Source: the human T2T-CHM13v2.0 reference genome, Homo sapiens
Direction: 5' to 3' (one strand)
Assembly: GCF_009914755.1 (NCBI RefSeq)
Contig: NC_060947.1
DNA length: 64,000 nucleotides
In this document: positions 1 through 21,171 of the stretch, piece by piece
Layout: every line of letters starts with the position of its first letter
Position numbering within the stretch: the first letter of the stretch is position 1
Position numbers and translations under genes: made by a program
The notes under the pieces: model-generated
What the model saw: the letters and a program-made list of their open reading frames with translations, nothing else
Database searches by the model: none
What the model was told of the DNA's origin: nothing

Positions 1-415
1 TAACCCAAATGTCCAACAACGATAGACTGGATTAAGAAAATGTGGCACATATACACCATGGAATACTATGCAGCCATGAAAATGATGAGTTCATGTCCTT
101 TGTAGGGACATGGATGAAGCTGGAAACCATCATTCTCAGCAAATGATCGCAAGGACAAAAAACCAAACACGGCATGTTCTCACTCATAGGTGGGAATTGA
201 ACAATGAGAACACATGGACACAGGAAGGGGAACATCACACACCGGGGCCTGTTGTGGGGTGGTGGGAGGCGGGAGGAGTAGCATTAGGAGATATACCTAA
301 TGTAAATGACGAGTTAATGGGTGCAGCACACCAACATGGCACATGTATACATATGTAACAAACCTGCACGTTGTGCACATGTACCCTAGAACTGAAAGTA
401 TAATAAAAAAAAAAA
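1..415 (+). mobile_element. L1PA 3' end (ORF2 C-terminus, 3' UTR, poly-A), runs off window start
   Basis: Canonical primate L1 3' UTR (GGTGGGAATTGAACAATGAG...GCACATGTACCCTAGAACTGAAGTATAATAAAAAAA). Confidence 0.95.
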
Positions 416-429
416 TTGAAAGAAAGAAA

Positions 430-904
430 GAAGTTCGAACAAGCTAATAGTGTATAATTTCATTTATATGGCATTCTGAAAAAAGATAAAACTATAGAGA
501 CAGTAAAAGGATCAGTGGTTGCCAGGGTTTGGGAGAAAGGGAAATAGTTTAATAAGTTTAGCAGAAGGGATTTATTAGGGCAGTGAAATTATTCTGCGTG
601 ATCCTGTACTGGTGGATACACCAGTTGGAGACACTGAACATTTGTCAAACCCTATGGAACTTTTCAGCACAAATAGTTAACCTTCATGTATGCAAATTAA
701 ATAAAATCATTTAGAAGGTTGGGGGAAATCTCAGGATGGTCTGGAGAATACAATAAAACAGCCTAATTCTATTACAATGGTATGGAAAAACCTCACTAGA
801 GGGTATTGGCTGGGGCGGGGAGGGGGGTGGCAAGCTGCTGACCTAGATAACTTTGGAAATGAGTGAACCTCTTCAAAAGTAAAAAAATAAATAAATAAAG
901 AACC
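430..904 (+). mobile_element. Old L1M (L1MC/MD-like) 3' UTR fragment, left part; continues at ~7810-8580
   Basis: Motif CATTCTGAAAAAAGATAAAACTATAGAGACAGTAAAAGGATCAGTGGTTGCCAGGG typical of L1M 3' UTRs; split by the L1PB insertion. Confidence 0.6.
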
Positions 905-919
905 AAAATGCACTGTACA

Positions 920-7794
<6,875 letters not shown>

Positions 7795-8589
7795 AAAATG
7801 AACTGTACATATAAACACTGTTTTCTAGTTCTATACAACCACTTTACCTGTATACTGGAATTGAACAGTTAAATGGGTGGCAGATGGTGAGAGCCATGTT
7901 TCTCACTATTGGAGTAAATATTACAGCAAAGCAAGGCTCGAATAATCCTTGCCATAATGAATTACAGGTAGAAACACCAATATAAACTAATGTTCAGTTT
8001 GATATAGACGCAGATAGTTACATATATTAATATTTATAGATATGTGTGTATACATGAATTAATACACACACACATGCACATATAGACAGTAGAGAAACCT
8101 GAGAAATACCATCTCAGCCAGATGACCAAGATGAGTACCAATGGTGATAAATCGTGTTGCTCAAATGTACTCTTGATATGGTTTGATAAGAATAGCACTT
8201 CATCTCTCATCTTCCTCCTCAAACTCCATAACCCCAGTCTCATCATGGAAAACCATCGGAAAAATCCAAGTTTAGTGTCATCCTACGAAATACCTGGCCG
8301 GTAATCCTCAAAAATTTCAAAACAAGCAAAGTTTGAAAAACTGACATAGCCAAAAGGAGCCTGAGCCACAATGACTACTAGCATCATGGCATCCAAATGA
8401 GATTCTGGAGCAGTAAAAGAACATTAGGTCATACTGATTTGTTATTTGTGGCAAACGTACTACACTAATATATGACATTAATGGGAGAAACCAGGTGTGA
8501 AGCATATGGGAATATTCGTTATTATTTTCACATTTTTCATGTAAATTTGAAGTTATCCTAAAATTAAGTTTTTTAAAAAAATACACTGT

Positions 8590-10930
<2,341 letters not shown>

Positions 10931-11032
10931 TTTGCCAAGATGACAAGCTTGGCCTACTATCTTCCTGGGAAACAGCCCTGGGAAATTATAGAAGGGAGAA
11001 TGACAAACAAAGGAATTAAACTTGCTAACTAT

Positions 11033-12760
11033 ATTGTATTCGTTTCTCAGGGCTGCCATAACAAATTGCCACATACTAAGTGGCTCAAAGCAACAGAAAT
11101 TTACTCTCTCACAATTCTGTTCATCAGAATCTGAAATCAGTATCACTAGACTAAAATCATGACATCAGGAGGACTCACTTTCTTCATGCTTCAGGGGAGG
11201 ATATGTTTCTTGACTTTCCAGCTTTTGATGGCTGCCACTATTTCTTGGCTTATGGCCTCATCACTCTAATTTCTGCCACCATCTTCACGATGTTTCTTCT
11301 GAGTATGTGAGAAATTTCTCTGCCTCTCATTTATTAGGACACTTGTGATGTATTTTGGGTCTACCTGGATAATCCAAGTTAATGTCCTCAGCAGAAGATC
11401 CTTAATTTAATTACATTTGCATAGACCTTTTTTCCAAATAAGGTAACATTTATATTTTCAAAAATTGGGACCTTATAGCTTTCAGAAGCCATTTTCTAGA
11501 ATACCATAGTCTATTATCTAGCACCCAGAGATTCACATCCATCCCACATGCTATATACATTCACACTATCCCAGCATCTGAAAAAGTCTCAATCTGTTAC
11601 AGCATCAACTCAAGTCTAAAATCTCATCTAGATAACTTTAGCTCAAAAGTCCCAAATCTGAATCATCTAAATATGGTATAGGCATGATCCATTCTGGGGC
11701 ATAATTTTCATCTCTATCTCTGAACCTGTGTAACAAAAAAACAAGTTAGCTGTTCCCAAAATACAATGGTGGAACTGGCATAGTGTAACATTTATAAACA
11801 TTCACATTTCTAAAGAAGATGGGAGGAAAAAAGAGACCACATTTCCAAATCATTTAAAAATCCAGCAGGACAAATTCCATCAGGTTTAAAATCCTGTGAA
11901 TAATCCTCTCATGATTCAAGGCTTTCATCACTGGGTCCAAGTCTTTGCTTCTGGAGTTATCCATCTTTTTTCTTGAAAGGTAGCACATGTGTACTGATGA
12001 GTAGTTCTATCAATCTGTTTTCTACCCATAAAATTTTAAAAATTCAATAGCCTTCCTTCATTTCATATTGTCTTTGTCCCTTTCAGTCCTATCTGGAAGT
12101 ATTTCTGTTGATATAACTTTCATAAAAACTTTGTGGGCCTCCCATGTATGTCACAGGGATTCACTCCATTTTAAAAGATGGTCCTCCCAAGATATTGCCT
12201 GGAAAATCTCAACTCTATTCCTGGCTTCTAACGGTTGAGTGTATTCATGAGTTGCACACATAATTTCTTCAGCATTGGCCTTCTCTGCAGAGTATACTTT
12301 CTTAACAGTAAATCTAATTCAGCAATTTTTGAAACCTGGTAAGTTGAGAATTTCCCAAATCAAGGGCTGGTTCAAATTTGCTTAATAATTCTTGCCTCAA
12401 TTTATCTCTCTCCTGTCACACTTTACTATAAGCAGCAAGGAGAACCTAGGGAGAATTCATTCCTTGACTCTTCCAGTTTCTGGTGGCTGCATCGGACCCC
12501 ATCACTCCAATCTTCATGGACAGTACCTTCCAATCTCTCTGGTCCATCTTCACTTCACCTTCTCCTCTGTGTGTGTCAAATCTCCCTCTGCCCCCCTCTC
12601 AAGAATGCCAGTGATTGTATGCTCACCCATGTAATTCAAATAATCTTCTTATGACAAGACTTAATCACATTTGCAAATACCCCTTTCTCAAATAAGGCAA
12701 CATTTACAGGTTCAAGAGACTGGAATCTGATATCTTGAGGGGCTCACCACAAATAACATC
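11033..12760 (-). mobile_element. MLT1-family MaLR element: LTR + internal remnant + partial second LTR
   Basis: LTR terminus TGTATTCGTTTCTCAGGGCTGCCATAACAAATTGCCAC; repeated LTR segment (TTTGCA..ACC..TTT.CAAATAAGG.AACATTTA) at ~11415 and ~12670; internal part homologous to 37700-38100. Confidence 0.7.
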
Positions 12761-12907
12761 AATATCTAAACAACATGAGAAATGCTTGGGAGGGGCTGAA
12801 GATTGTGTTGAATTGGTACTTGTGTTTGGAATGAGAGTAGAGGGAGGTGGCAGTGAATTTGGGGAAAGTCTCCAACCTGCAATAGATACTAGATGACAGA
12901 ATAGATA

Positions 12908-14210
12908 TGCTATGGTCTGAATGTGTCCCTCCAAAATTCATATGTTGAACCATAATCACCAATATGATAGTGTTAAGAGGTGGGGACTTTAGGAGTTGAA
13001 TAGGCAATGAGGGCCCCACCCTCCTGGATGATATTAATGCTATCAACTAAAAAAAAGAATCAAAAGATCTATACATTTAGAAAAGGAGATTCTATTTCTT
13101 ATAAAAGATTAGAACCTGCAAGGTGGCCATCCCACAGACTGGCAAGCATAGGCACTGGTAAACACTAGAGACAGGCACTTAGAAGGAGGAGGGGTTAGGG
13201 TACAAGCTTTATGCCGAATGGATTCGCTAAACATACATATTCAATAGGTTATAGGAGTAGTTATGAATATTTATGAAGGTGGTTCTGATACATGCATATT
13301 GAACAAACATGCATGTTACATATGACCCATGTTCACCTTAGGGTAAAGACTTAACGTTTAAATGTATACAACTACAAACTAGCCAGAACCAGTCCATTGT
13401 GAATAGAATGTTATTGAAATCAGCCTCTTGTCCAATCAGAGCTCTAGTTATGACTGCTGGAAGAGGGGAGTCAGTTAGTCAGTGCCTGTGAGCTGGGTGA
13501 GCTGTTATTGTTTCAATACTGCTTATCTTGAGGCCAGTGCTTGTTCAGTTGGTAGAGAAAGAGAAAAACCTTGTGGCAGTTAGAACATAAATTATTCTTT
13601 AAGTGTAGAAGGTACATGACTTAACCATTGCCTGGCACATCCATTAAGTCTTACTTATAATTTGGTATCTTATTGCCACAAAGAGTTGATGCTGTCAGTC
13701 TTATGATCTCTATTTTAATATTAATGCTGGTAAGTGGTTGTGCATAAACTACAAAGGGAGTGGATATAACGAGACATGTCCAACTTCCTGTTTCCATCAT
13801 GGCCAGGAACTCAGTTCTTAAGAATTCTCTGGGGTCCCCTTGGCCAAGAGAAGTCCATTCAGTCTGTTGGGGAGGGGGATTTAGGATTGTATTTTTAATT
13901 TACAGTGCCTTTACAAAAGCGCTTGAGAGAGAGAGTTCAGCCCCATTTTGCCCTTCCATCTCTTCTGCAATGTGATTACACTGCTTTCATCCCTTTTTGC
14001 TCTTTTTGCCCTTCTGCTTTCCATCATGGGAAGATGCAGCAACAAGGCTCCATCTTGGAAGCAAAGACTAGAACCTCACTAGACCACAAACCTGCCAGTG
14101 CCTTGATTTTAGACTTCTGAGGCTTCAGAACTGTGAGAAATAAACCTTTATTATTTAAAAATCACTTAGTCTCAGATGTTTTGTTATAGTGGCAGGAAAG
14201 AACAAAGACA
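12908..14210 (+). mobile_element. MST-family solo LTR split by a MER4 LTR
   Basis: TGCTATGGTCTGAATGTGTCCCTCCAAAATTCATATGTTG start, ...TTGTTATAG...AAAGACA end; 5-bp TSD AGATA at 12903-12907 and 14211-14215. Confidence 0.85.
13041..13904 (-). mobile_element. MER4-group ERV1 solo LTR
   Basis: Reverse complement begins TGTAAATTAAAAATACAATCCTAAATCCCCC...GAATGGAC, like MER4 LTRs; 4-bp TSD ATGC/GTGC. Confidence 0.7.
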
Positions 14211-14639
14211 AGATAGCAGGAAAGATTTTAAACTTTGGTCTCTGCTTCACCGCATAATTCTGAGGCAGTCCCTCCAAATACAAGTGCCATTAGCCATGGG
14301 CCAATATCAGGACAAAAGGAAAGATGGAATGGACTGAAGCAGTATGACTTGAGTCTGTATTGACAACCACCTGAAACCACTTTACAGGAGGAGAACTATT
14401 CTTTTAAAAAATTTATTATTTTAACAGTGTATAAAAATGGAGTACAAATAAAATAGCAACTATCATAGTAAATCACACATTGGGTAGGTATTCTTTCGTG
14501 TATGTGTGTGTGTGTATGTATTCTACACATATGCTTTGTAGAGATGTAAAATACATTTCATACCAAAAATGAGAGTTAAAAAACTAAAAATCATTGCATC
14601 GAATAATGCAACGTTAACTTCAAAAGAGCAGGACCTTTC

Positions 14640-16110
14640 AAGATGATGAAGAGATAAGCCACAAACTGAGAGAAAATATTTGCAACCGACATATCTGAAA
14701 AAGGACTGTTATCCAAAATATACAAAGAATTCTTTAAAACTCAACATTAAAAAACAAAAACCTGATTTTAAAATGGGTCAAAGACCCGAACTGATACCTC
14801 ACCAAAGAAGCTACACAGATGGCAAATAAGCATATGAAAAGATGCTCCACATCATACATCATCAGGGAAATTCAAATTAAAGCAACAAAAATAGAGCACT
14901 ACACATCTATTAAAATGGCAAAAATTCAGAAAACTAACAACAGCAAATGCTGGCAAGGATGTGGAGCAACAGGAAATTTCACTCATTGCTGGGGGAAAGG
15001 CAAAGCGTATAGCAATTTGGAGGAAAGTTTGGCAGTTTATTGAAAAATTAAACACACCCTTACCCTACAATCCAGCAACTGCACTTCTTGATGTTTACCC
15101 AAAAGGGTTGAAGACTTATGTCCACACAAAAACCTACACACAAATATTTACTGCAGCTTTATTCATAATTGCCAAAATTTGGAAGTAACAAAGATGTCAT
15201 TCAAAAACTGTGGCCCATCCAGGCAATAGAATATTATTCAGTGCTAAAAGGAAATGAATTATTAAGCCATGAAAACAACATAGAAGAAACTTAAATGCAT
15301 ACTACTAAGTAGCAGAAGCCAAATTGAAAAGCCTTCTATTGTATGATTCTAACTATATGACATTCTGGAAAAGGCAAAACTATGGAAACAGTATAAAGAT
15401 CAGCGGTTGGAGAGGTTGGGAGGAATGAGGGATAAATAGGTGAAACACTGAGGATCTTCAGGACAGTGAAACTATGCTGTTTATGATACAACAATGGTGG
15501 ATACATGTCATTATTCTTTTGTTCAAACCTGTACAATATCCAGCACCAAGAGTGAACTATAATGTATACTGTGGGTTTGGATGATATGATGTGTCAGTGT
15601 AGGTTCATCACCTGTAACAAATGTCCCACTGTAGTAGAGGATGTTGATAATAGGAGAGACTATGCATTTGTAGGGGCAAAGCGTATATGGCAGTGGTCCC
15701 CAAACTTTTTGGCACCAAGGACTGGTTTTGGGGAAGACAATTTTTCCACGAACAGGAGCGGGGAGGATGGTTTCAGGATGAAACCGTTCCACCTCAGATT
15801 ATCAGGCATTAATAAGATTCTCACAAAGAGCGTGCAACCTAGATCCCTCACATGTGCAGTTCACAACAGGGTTCGTTTTCCTATGAAAATCTAATGCCAC
15901 CACTGATCTGACAGGAGGCGGAGATCAGGCAATAATGCTTGCCTGCTGCTCATCTCCTGCTGTGCTGCCCTGTTCCTAACAGGCCACAGACTGGTACTGG
16001 TCTGCGCACCGGGGGTTGGGAACCCCTGCTATACGGGGCATCCATATACCTTCATCTCAATGTTGTTGTGAACCTAAAACTGCTCTAAAACCATAAAGTC
16101 TTTTTTAAAA
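14640..16110 (+). mobile_element. Old L1M 3' portion (ORF2 end + 3' UTR)
   Basis: ORF pieces 14819-15043 (MANKHMKRCSTS...) and 14961-15188 match the L1 ORF2 C-terminus. Confidence 0.85.
15691..16028. mobile_element. MER1B hAT-Charlie non-autonomous DNA transposon
   Basis: 338 bp, TIRs CAGTGGTCCCCAA / TTGGGAACCCCTG, 8-bp TSD GTATATGG / CTATACGG. Confidence 0.88.
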
Positions 16111-17376
16111 AATGAATTGGCCACAAAATGTCATAAAGTGTAGCAGATTAAAGTACTTTTTTGAAGTCTTGAAAACAAAGAGCATGGCCTTCCAAAATCA
16201 GGCTGTTCAGCCTCTTCCATGTAGAAAATAAATATCTCAGAACAAAAGGCTTTGAAAATCTAAATCTGCCTGGTGAAGTGACCCCAGAAAAAGGTGTGCT
16301 TCTTCTGTAACAGATCACTTCATATCATGTGTGCTGCTGCTCTCCCTTCTAGCATCTAGCCTGGGAGCTGAAAACATCCTCTGTAAGAGTTACAGGTGTA
16401 TAAATGCTCAGAGCCGAAAGGGTGTGGTTTCTCTCATGGAATGTTTAATCCAGGATCCAGGACCTAAGACAAGGACCCTCAAGAATGAAGAGTGGAGTTT
16501 GCTGTGGGATGGGGAAGAGATACACCCACCTCAGAACTTGAGGTCCTTGGTTTGAGGTAAATGGACTCCAGTTTGCAGAGGGAGGAGGCCAACTCAGTGT
16601 CAGAAGTCAAGGTGATGATACTGAGGAAGGCTAAGCAGAATCCCCACCACAGAAGAGTCTGGGCTACAGGCCCATCCTGCCTTAGCTGTTAGCCTTAGAA
16701 GGCTTTGGGGACATGATGACCCTCAACCTGATTTCCACCCTGAAAGGGGAGCAGTTTCAGGGAAGTGAGGGTCTTGGTCTGAGGGGGTAGGACTCAGGTC
16801 AGCAAAGGTAGGAGTTCCAGGCCCTTCAAAGTGAGGACCCTTATTGGGGGCTGAGTTAACCTCCCACCCTCAGAAGGGTCCCCACCAAAATGCAAATTTG
16901 TCGTTAGCCTTTGGAGGTCCCTGGCTGTCAGGAACAGGCGGGCGCCAATACCCACCTTCTCTGCAGTTCTGTGAAGGATGTCTCAGGTAGACTGGGGAAA
17001 AGGCCTTGTGAAGACAGGGAGTTGAGGTCCTGTAATGAGAAAATATGTATACTTTGAAAAGGACTGATGGTAACCCTTAACCCAGAACAAAGAGAATACC
17101 ACAGAATCTTATGCTGCCCAGCTCTGGTGGCCCCTTGTACAGGCATGTCAGGCTGAAGCCCCACCGGTTTGGTGGTCTTAGTGAAGTAAAGGCATCAATG
17201 AGGGGTGTGGCCTCTGGTGGACAAAAAAACGGGCCCCAGGTATTGCCAGAAATCAAAGTGAGGCCACTGAGCTAGGTCTAAGGGGTTTTTCCACCCAAAG
17301 TGGAAGGGGACTTATGTTGCCCTGCTCTTGTTGTCAGCCCTGAGAAACCTCAGGCAGAGTGCCCAGATGTGGTGTA

Positions 17377-17635
<259 letters not shown>

Positions 17636-17646
17636 AATGTGGTGTA

Positions 17647-18390
17647 TTTCTTTCTTCTTCTTCTTCTTTTTTTTTTTTTAATTATACTTTAAGTTCTAGG
17701 GTACATGTGCACAACTTGCAGTTTTGTTACATAGGTATACATGTGCCATTTTGGTTTGCTGCACCCATTAACTCGTCATTTACATTAGGTATATCTCCTA
17801 ATGCTATCCCTCCCTGTGTCCCCCACCCCATGACAGGCCCCGGGGTGTGATGTTCCCCACCCTGTGTCCAAGTGTTCTCATTGTTCAATTCCCACCTTTG
17901 AGTGAGAACACGTAGTGCTTGGTTTTCTGTCCTTGTGATAGTTTGCTGAGAATGATGGTTTCCAGCTGCATCCATGTCCCTGCAAAGGACATGAACTCAT
18001 CCTTTATTATGGCTGCATAGTATTCCATGGTGCATATGTGCCATGTTTTCTTTATCCAGTCTATCATTGATGGACATTTGGGTTGGTTCCAAGTCTTTGC
18101 TATTGTGAACAGTGCTGCAATAAACATACATGTGCATGTGTCTTTATAGTAGCATGATTTGTAATCCTTTGGGTATATACCCAGTAATGGGATGGCTGGG
18201 TCAAATGGTATTTCTAGTTCTAGATCCTTGAGGAATCGCCACACTGTCTTCCACAATGGTTGAACTAGTTTACAGTCCCACCAACAGTGTGAAAGCATTC
18301 CTATTTCTCCACATCCTTTCCAGCATCTGTTGTTTCCTGAGTTTTTAATGATTGCCATTCTAACTGGTGTGAGATGGTATCTCATTGTGG
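17647..18390 (-). mobile_element. 5'-truncated L1PA (~740 bp)
   Basis: ORF 17885-18385 is the intact L1 ORF2 C-terminus; L1PA 3' UTR; flanking TGTGGTGTAT at 17638-17647 and 18386-18395. Confidence 0.95.
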
Positions 18391-21080
18391 TGTATCTTAA
18401 CTTTCACTTTGGAAGTCTGAGGGAGGGGAAGCTTCCTCTGAGGCGGCGGGCTCAACTTAGGCAAGCAGAAGAAGAGTCCCAGACCCTGTCAGGCTCCAAG
18501 GTGAGGCCCGGAAGAAGTAAGGGAACCGCTCACCACACTGGAAGGGTCTCCTCCAGCTTCACCTTGCCCCTGGATGTGAATGCCTCCAGGTAGGGTTCCG
18601 GGATTTGGTGTGTCTGGCCTTTCATCTTTAGAGTCGCACGGAGGAAGGAGGCGTCTTCTGAGAGGACTGAAGTTGGCTTGGCAGAGGGAGGAGTCCCAGG
18701 CTCTCCAGGTATTAAGGTGAGGGCCCTGAAGAAAGACAGAGGAGATGTCTTACCGCAGAGAGAGGACAACCCAGCTCCCTGCCCCTTCAGTCAGCCCTGC
18801 GATGCTGCAGACAGGGTTCCCGGATGTGGTGTATCTGGGCGTCCCTCTTTGGAGTCTGAGGTAGGTGAAGCTTTATTTGAGGGGTGTAGACTGAGGTCAG
18901 GAGAAGGAGTCGTCCTAGGCAGTGCCAGACATCAAGATGAGGACCCTTACGGAGGGCTGAAGGGATCTCCCATCAGAAAAAACGGAGCCCGTAGAAACTC
19001 ATTCCTGCTGTCAGCCCTGGGAGGCTCCAGTCAAGCAGGCACACCTTCCCCTATTCTCCGCACTTCCTTGTTGGAGAGATAGGAATCTTCACTTGAGGGC
19101 TGCATCCTCAGTTCAGCAGAAGGGAGGCAGTGCAAGTCCTGTCGGGAGTAAATAGGATGACTTTGGGAAGAACTGAGGAGACTCCATCTCAGAACCCAAT
19201 GGGATCGCCACAGAAATTCACCCTAATCCTCACTGTCAGCCTGAGAACCCCAGGAAATACTCTCTGGCTGAGCGTCCTCTTTTACATGCATCATACACAG
19301 GTTGGGTGTTGTAGGGGGATGAGAGCCTTGGTCTGAATGGCCAAGCCTCTGCTTATCGTGGGGAGGAGTCGCAGGCCCTGCTAGGCATAAAGGCAAGGAC
19401 CCTTAGGTAGGGCCGAGAGTACCTCCCACCCCAGATAGAGAAGGCACCACAGAAACCTCCCCTTCCCTGAAAGGCCTCAAGCTTCGCTCTAAGGCAGAGG
19501 TCCCCCCACCCCACTCATCCCCCTCATTTCCTTGTCTGGCCCATCTGGGATATGGGCACCTTAGCATAAGAGAAGCATCCTCTAGTCAGAAAAAAGAATG
19601 GGTTGCAAGCCCTGTTGGGAGTAAAAATACCCCCAACTCAGAACCCAAAGGGAGCCGCATAGATACCTGCCCTGACCCTGCTATGAGCCCTGGTAGAATT
19701 TACTCAGGTCTGTTAGGCTGAGGCCCCAACTCATTTCCTTCTGGGTGATCTTAGTTAAGTTAAGGGCGTTAGACGGGGTGCAGCTTCCAGTCAACACAGT
19801 GGGGAGCCCAGCCCTGCCAGGAGTCAAGGTGAGAACTCAGAGAATGGACTGATGAGGCCTCCGACTGTAAGTAGAGGGACCCAAACCATGTCCTGCTCCT
19901 GCAGCCAGCCCTGGAATACCCTGAGTAAGACTGTTAGGCATAGGCACCTCCCTCCAACCTTCCACTTCCCTCACTTGCTTGTCTGGCATGTCTGGCCATG
20001 GAAGCCCTGGCCTGAGGGAGGTATCCTCAGGACAGCAGAAGGAAAGCAATGCAAACCCTGTCATGAGTAAATTTGAGTCCCTTTGGGAGAATTGAGGGCA
20101 AATCTTACTCCAGACAAAGGAAGTTTCCATCAAAACCTGCCCCACACCTATTGTCGGCCCTGGTAGCCCCCAGGGAGGTCTGTCTGTAAGTCTCCCCTCA
20201 TTTTCCACTGACCTGAGAGTCTCAAAGAGGAGAAGGCCTTTGTCTGGGACGGCCAAATTCAGGTCACCAGAGGGAGGAGTCCCAGGCCCTGCTGGGCATG
20301 GAGGTGAGGACCCTGAAGGATAACTGAGTGTACCGACCACCCAAGGACATATTAAGTCCAGCCCCTGCTATCAGCCCTAGGAGTTCCTGGGCAGGGGTGG
20401 CTGTATGTGGTACTTCTTCACTTTTGTCTCATTGGTCTCAGGGAAGTGAAGGCCTTAGTCTAAGGGGGCAGCTTCGCATCAGTAGAGGAAGCTACATCTA
20501 GTCAGCCCAGGAAGGAGAACTAGGTTATACCAAGAGTCCAAGTGAGGATCCTGAATGAGGATTGAGGGGACCCCCTGCCACCTTCATAGAGTTGAGGCAC
20601 CTGCCCTACACTATTCCTTCCCCGGGAGGCCCTGGAGCATGGTGTCCAGATGTGCTGTGCCCTCCATCCCATCAGCTGGACTCAGTTCAGCAGAGGGAGG
20701 AATTTCAGGCCCTTCCAAGAGTCAATTTGAGGATGGAGGGGACTTGACAAAAACAGATGGGCCCAGCCCTTCCTTCCCTGGTGTTAGCTATGGTAGGACC
20801 CAGGAGTAGTGGGGGATCCACTCCAAAGCTGTGAGGACCTCAGAGTCTGGCCCCATCCCACCTATCAGCCCTGAAGGGACCCCCTGAACTCCTCTTACAG
20901 GGGATCCAGGAACTGGAAGTGAAGGCCTTAATATGAGGCACATGTCCTCAGCTCACAGAGAAGAGGAGATCCAGTCAATGCCAGGAGTCATGATGAAGTG
21001 CAGGACGGGAGACCTGTGGGGCCCTAGAGCACTAAAAGAGGACCTGTTAAGACAGTATTTATCAGAATGACAAGGTTAAG

Positions 21081-21106
21081 TTTTTCACACTCTTCCTCTC
21101 CCCCAG
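21081..21106 (+). promoter_or_regulatory. Splice acceptor of the MAGE terminal coding exon
   Basis: TTTTTCACACTCTTCCTCTCCCCCAG, 65 nt upstream of the ATG, the same arrangement as in MAGE-A genes. Confidence 0.75.
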
Positions 21107-21171
21107 TCCAGTTGGCTTCATCAGCCATCTCCTGACCATGCTCCTGTAGGCTGCCCCCGAAACAAGTCAAG

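Noticed and set aside
808-830. G-rich tract GGCTGGGGCGGGGAGGGGGGTGG
   Set aside because: Lies in an old L1 3' UTR polypurine tract; common and not informative.
18678-20340. 134-aa (+) and 167-aa (-) ORFs in the MAGE upstream region
   Set aside because: Low-complexity G/P/S-rich translations of the GC-rich repeat array with no recognisable domain.
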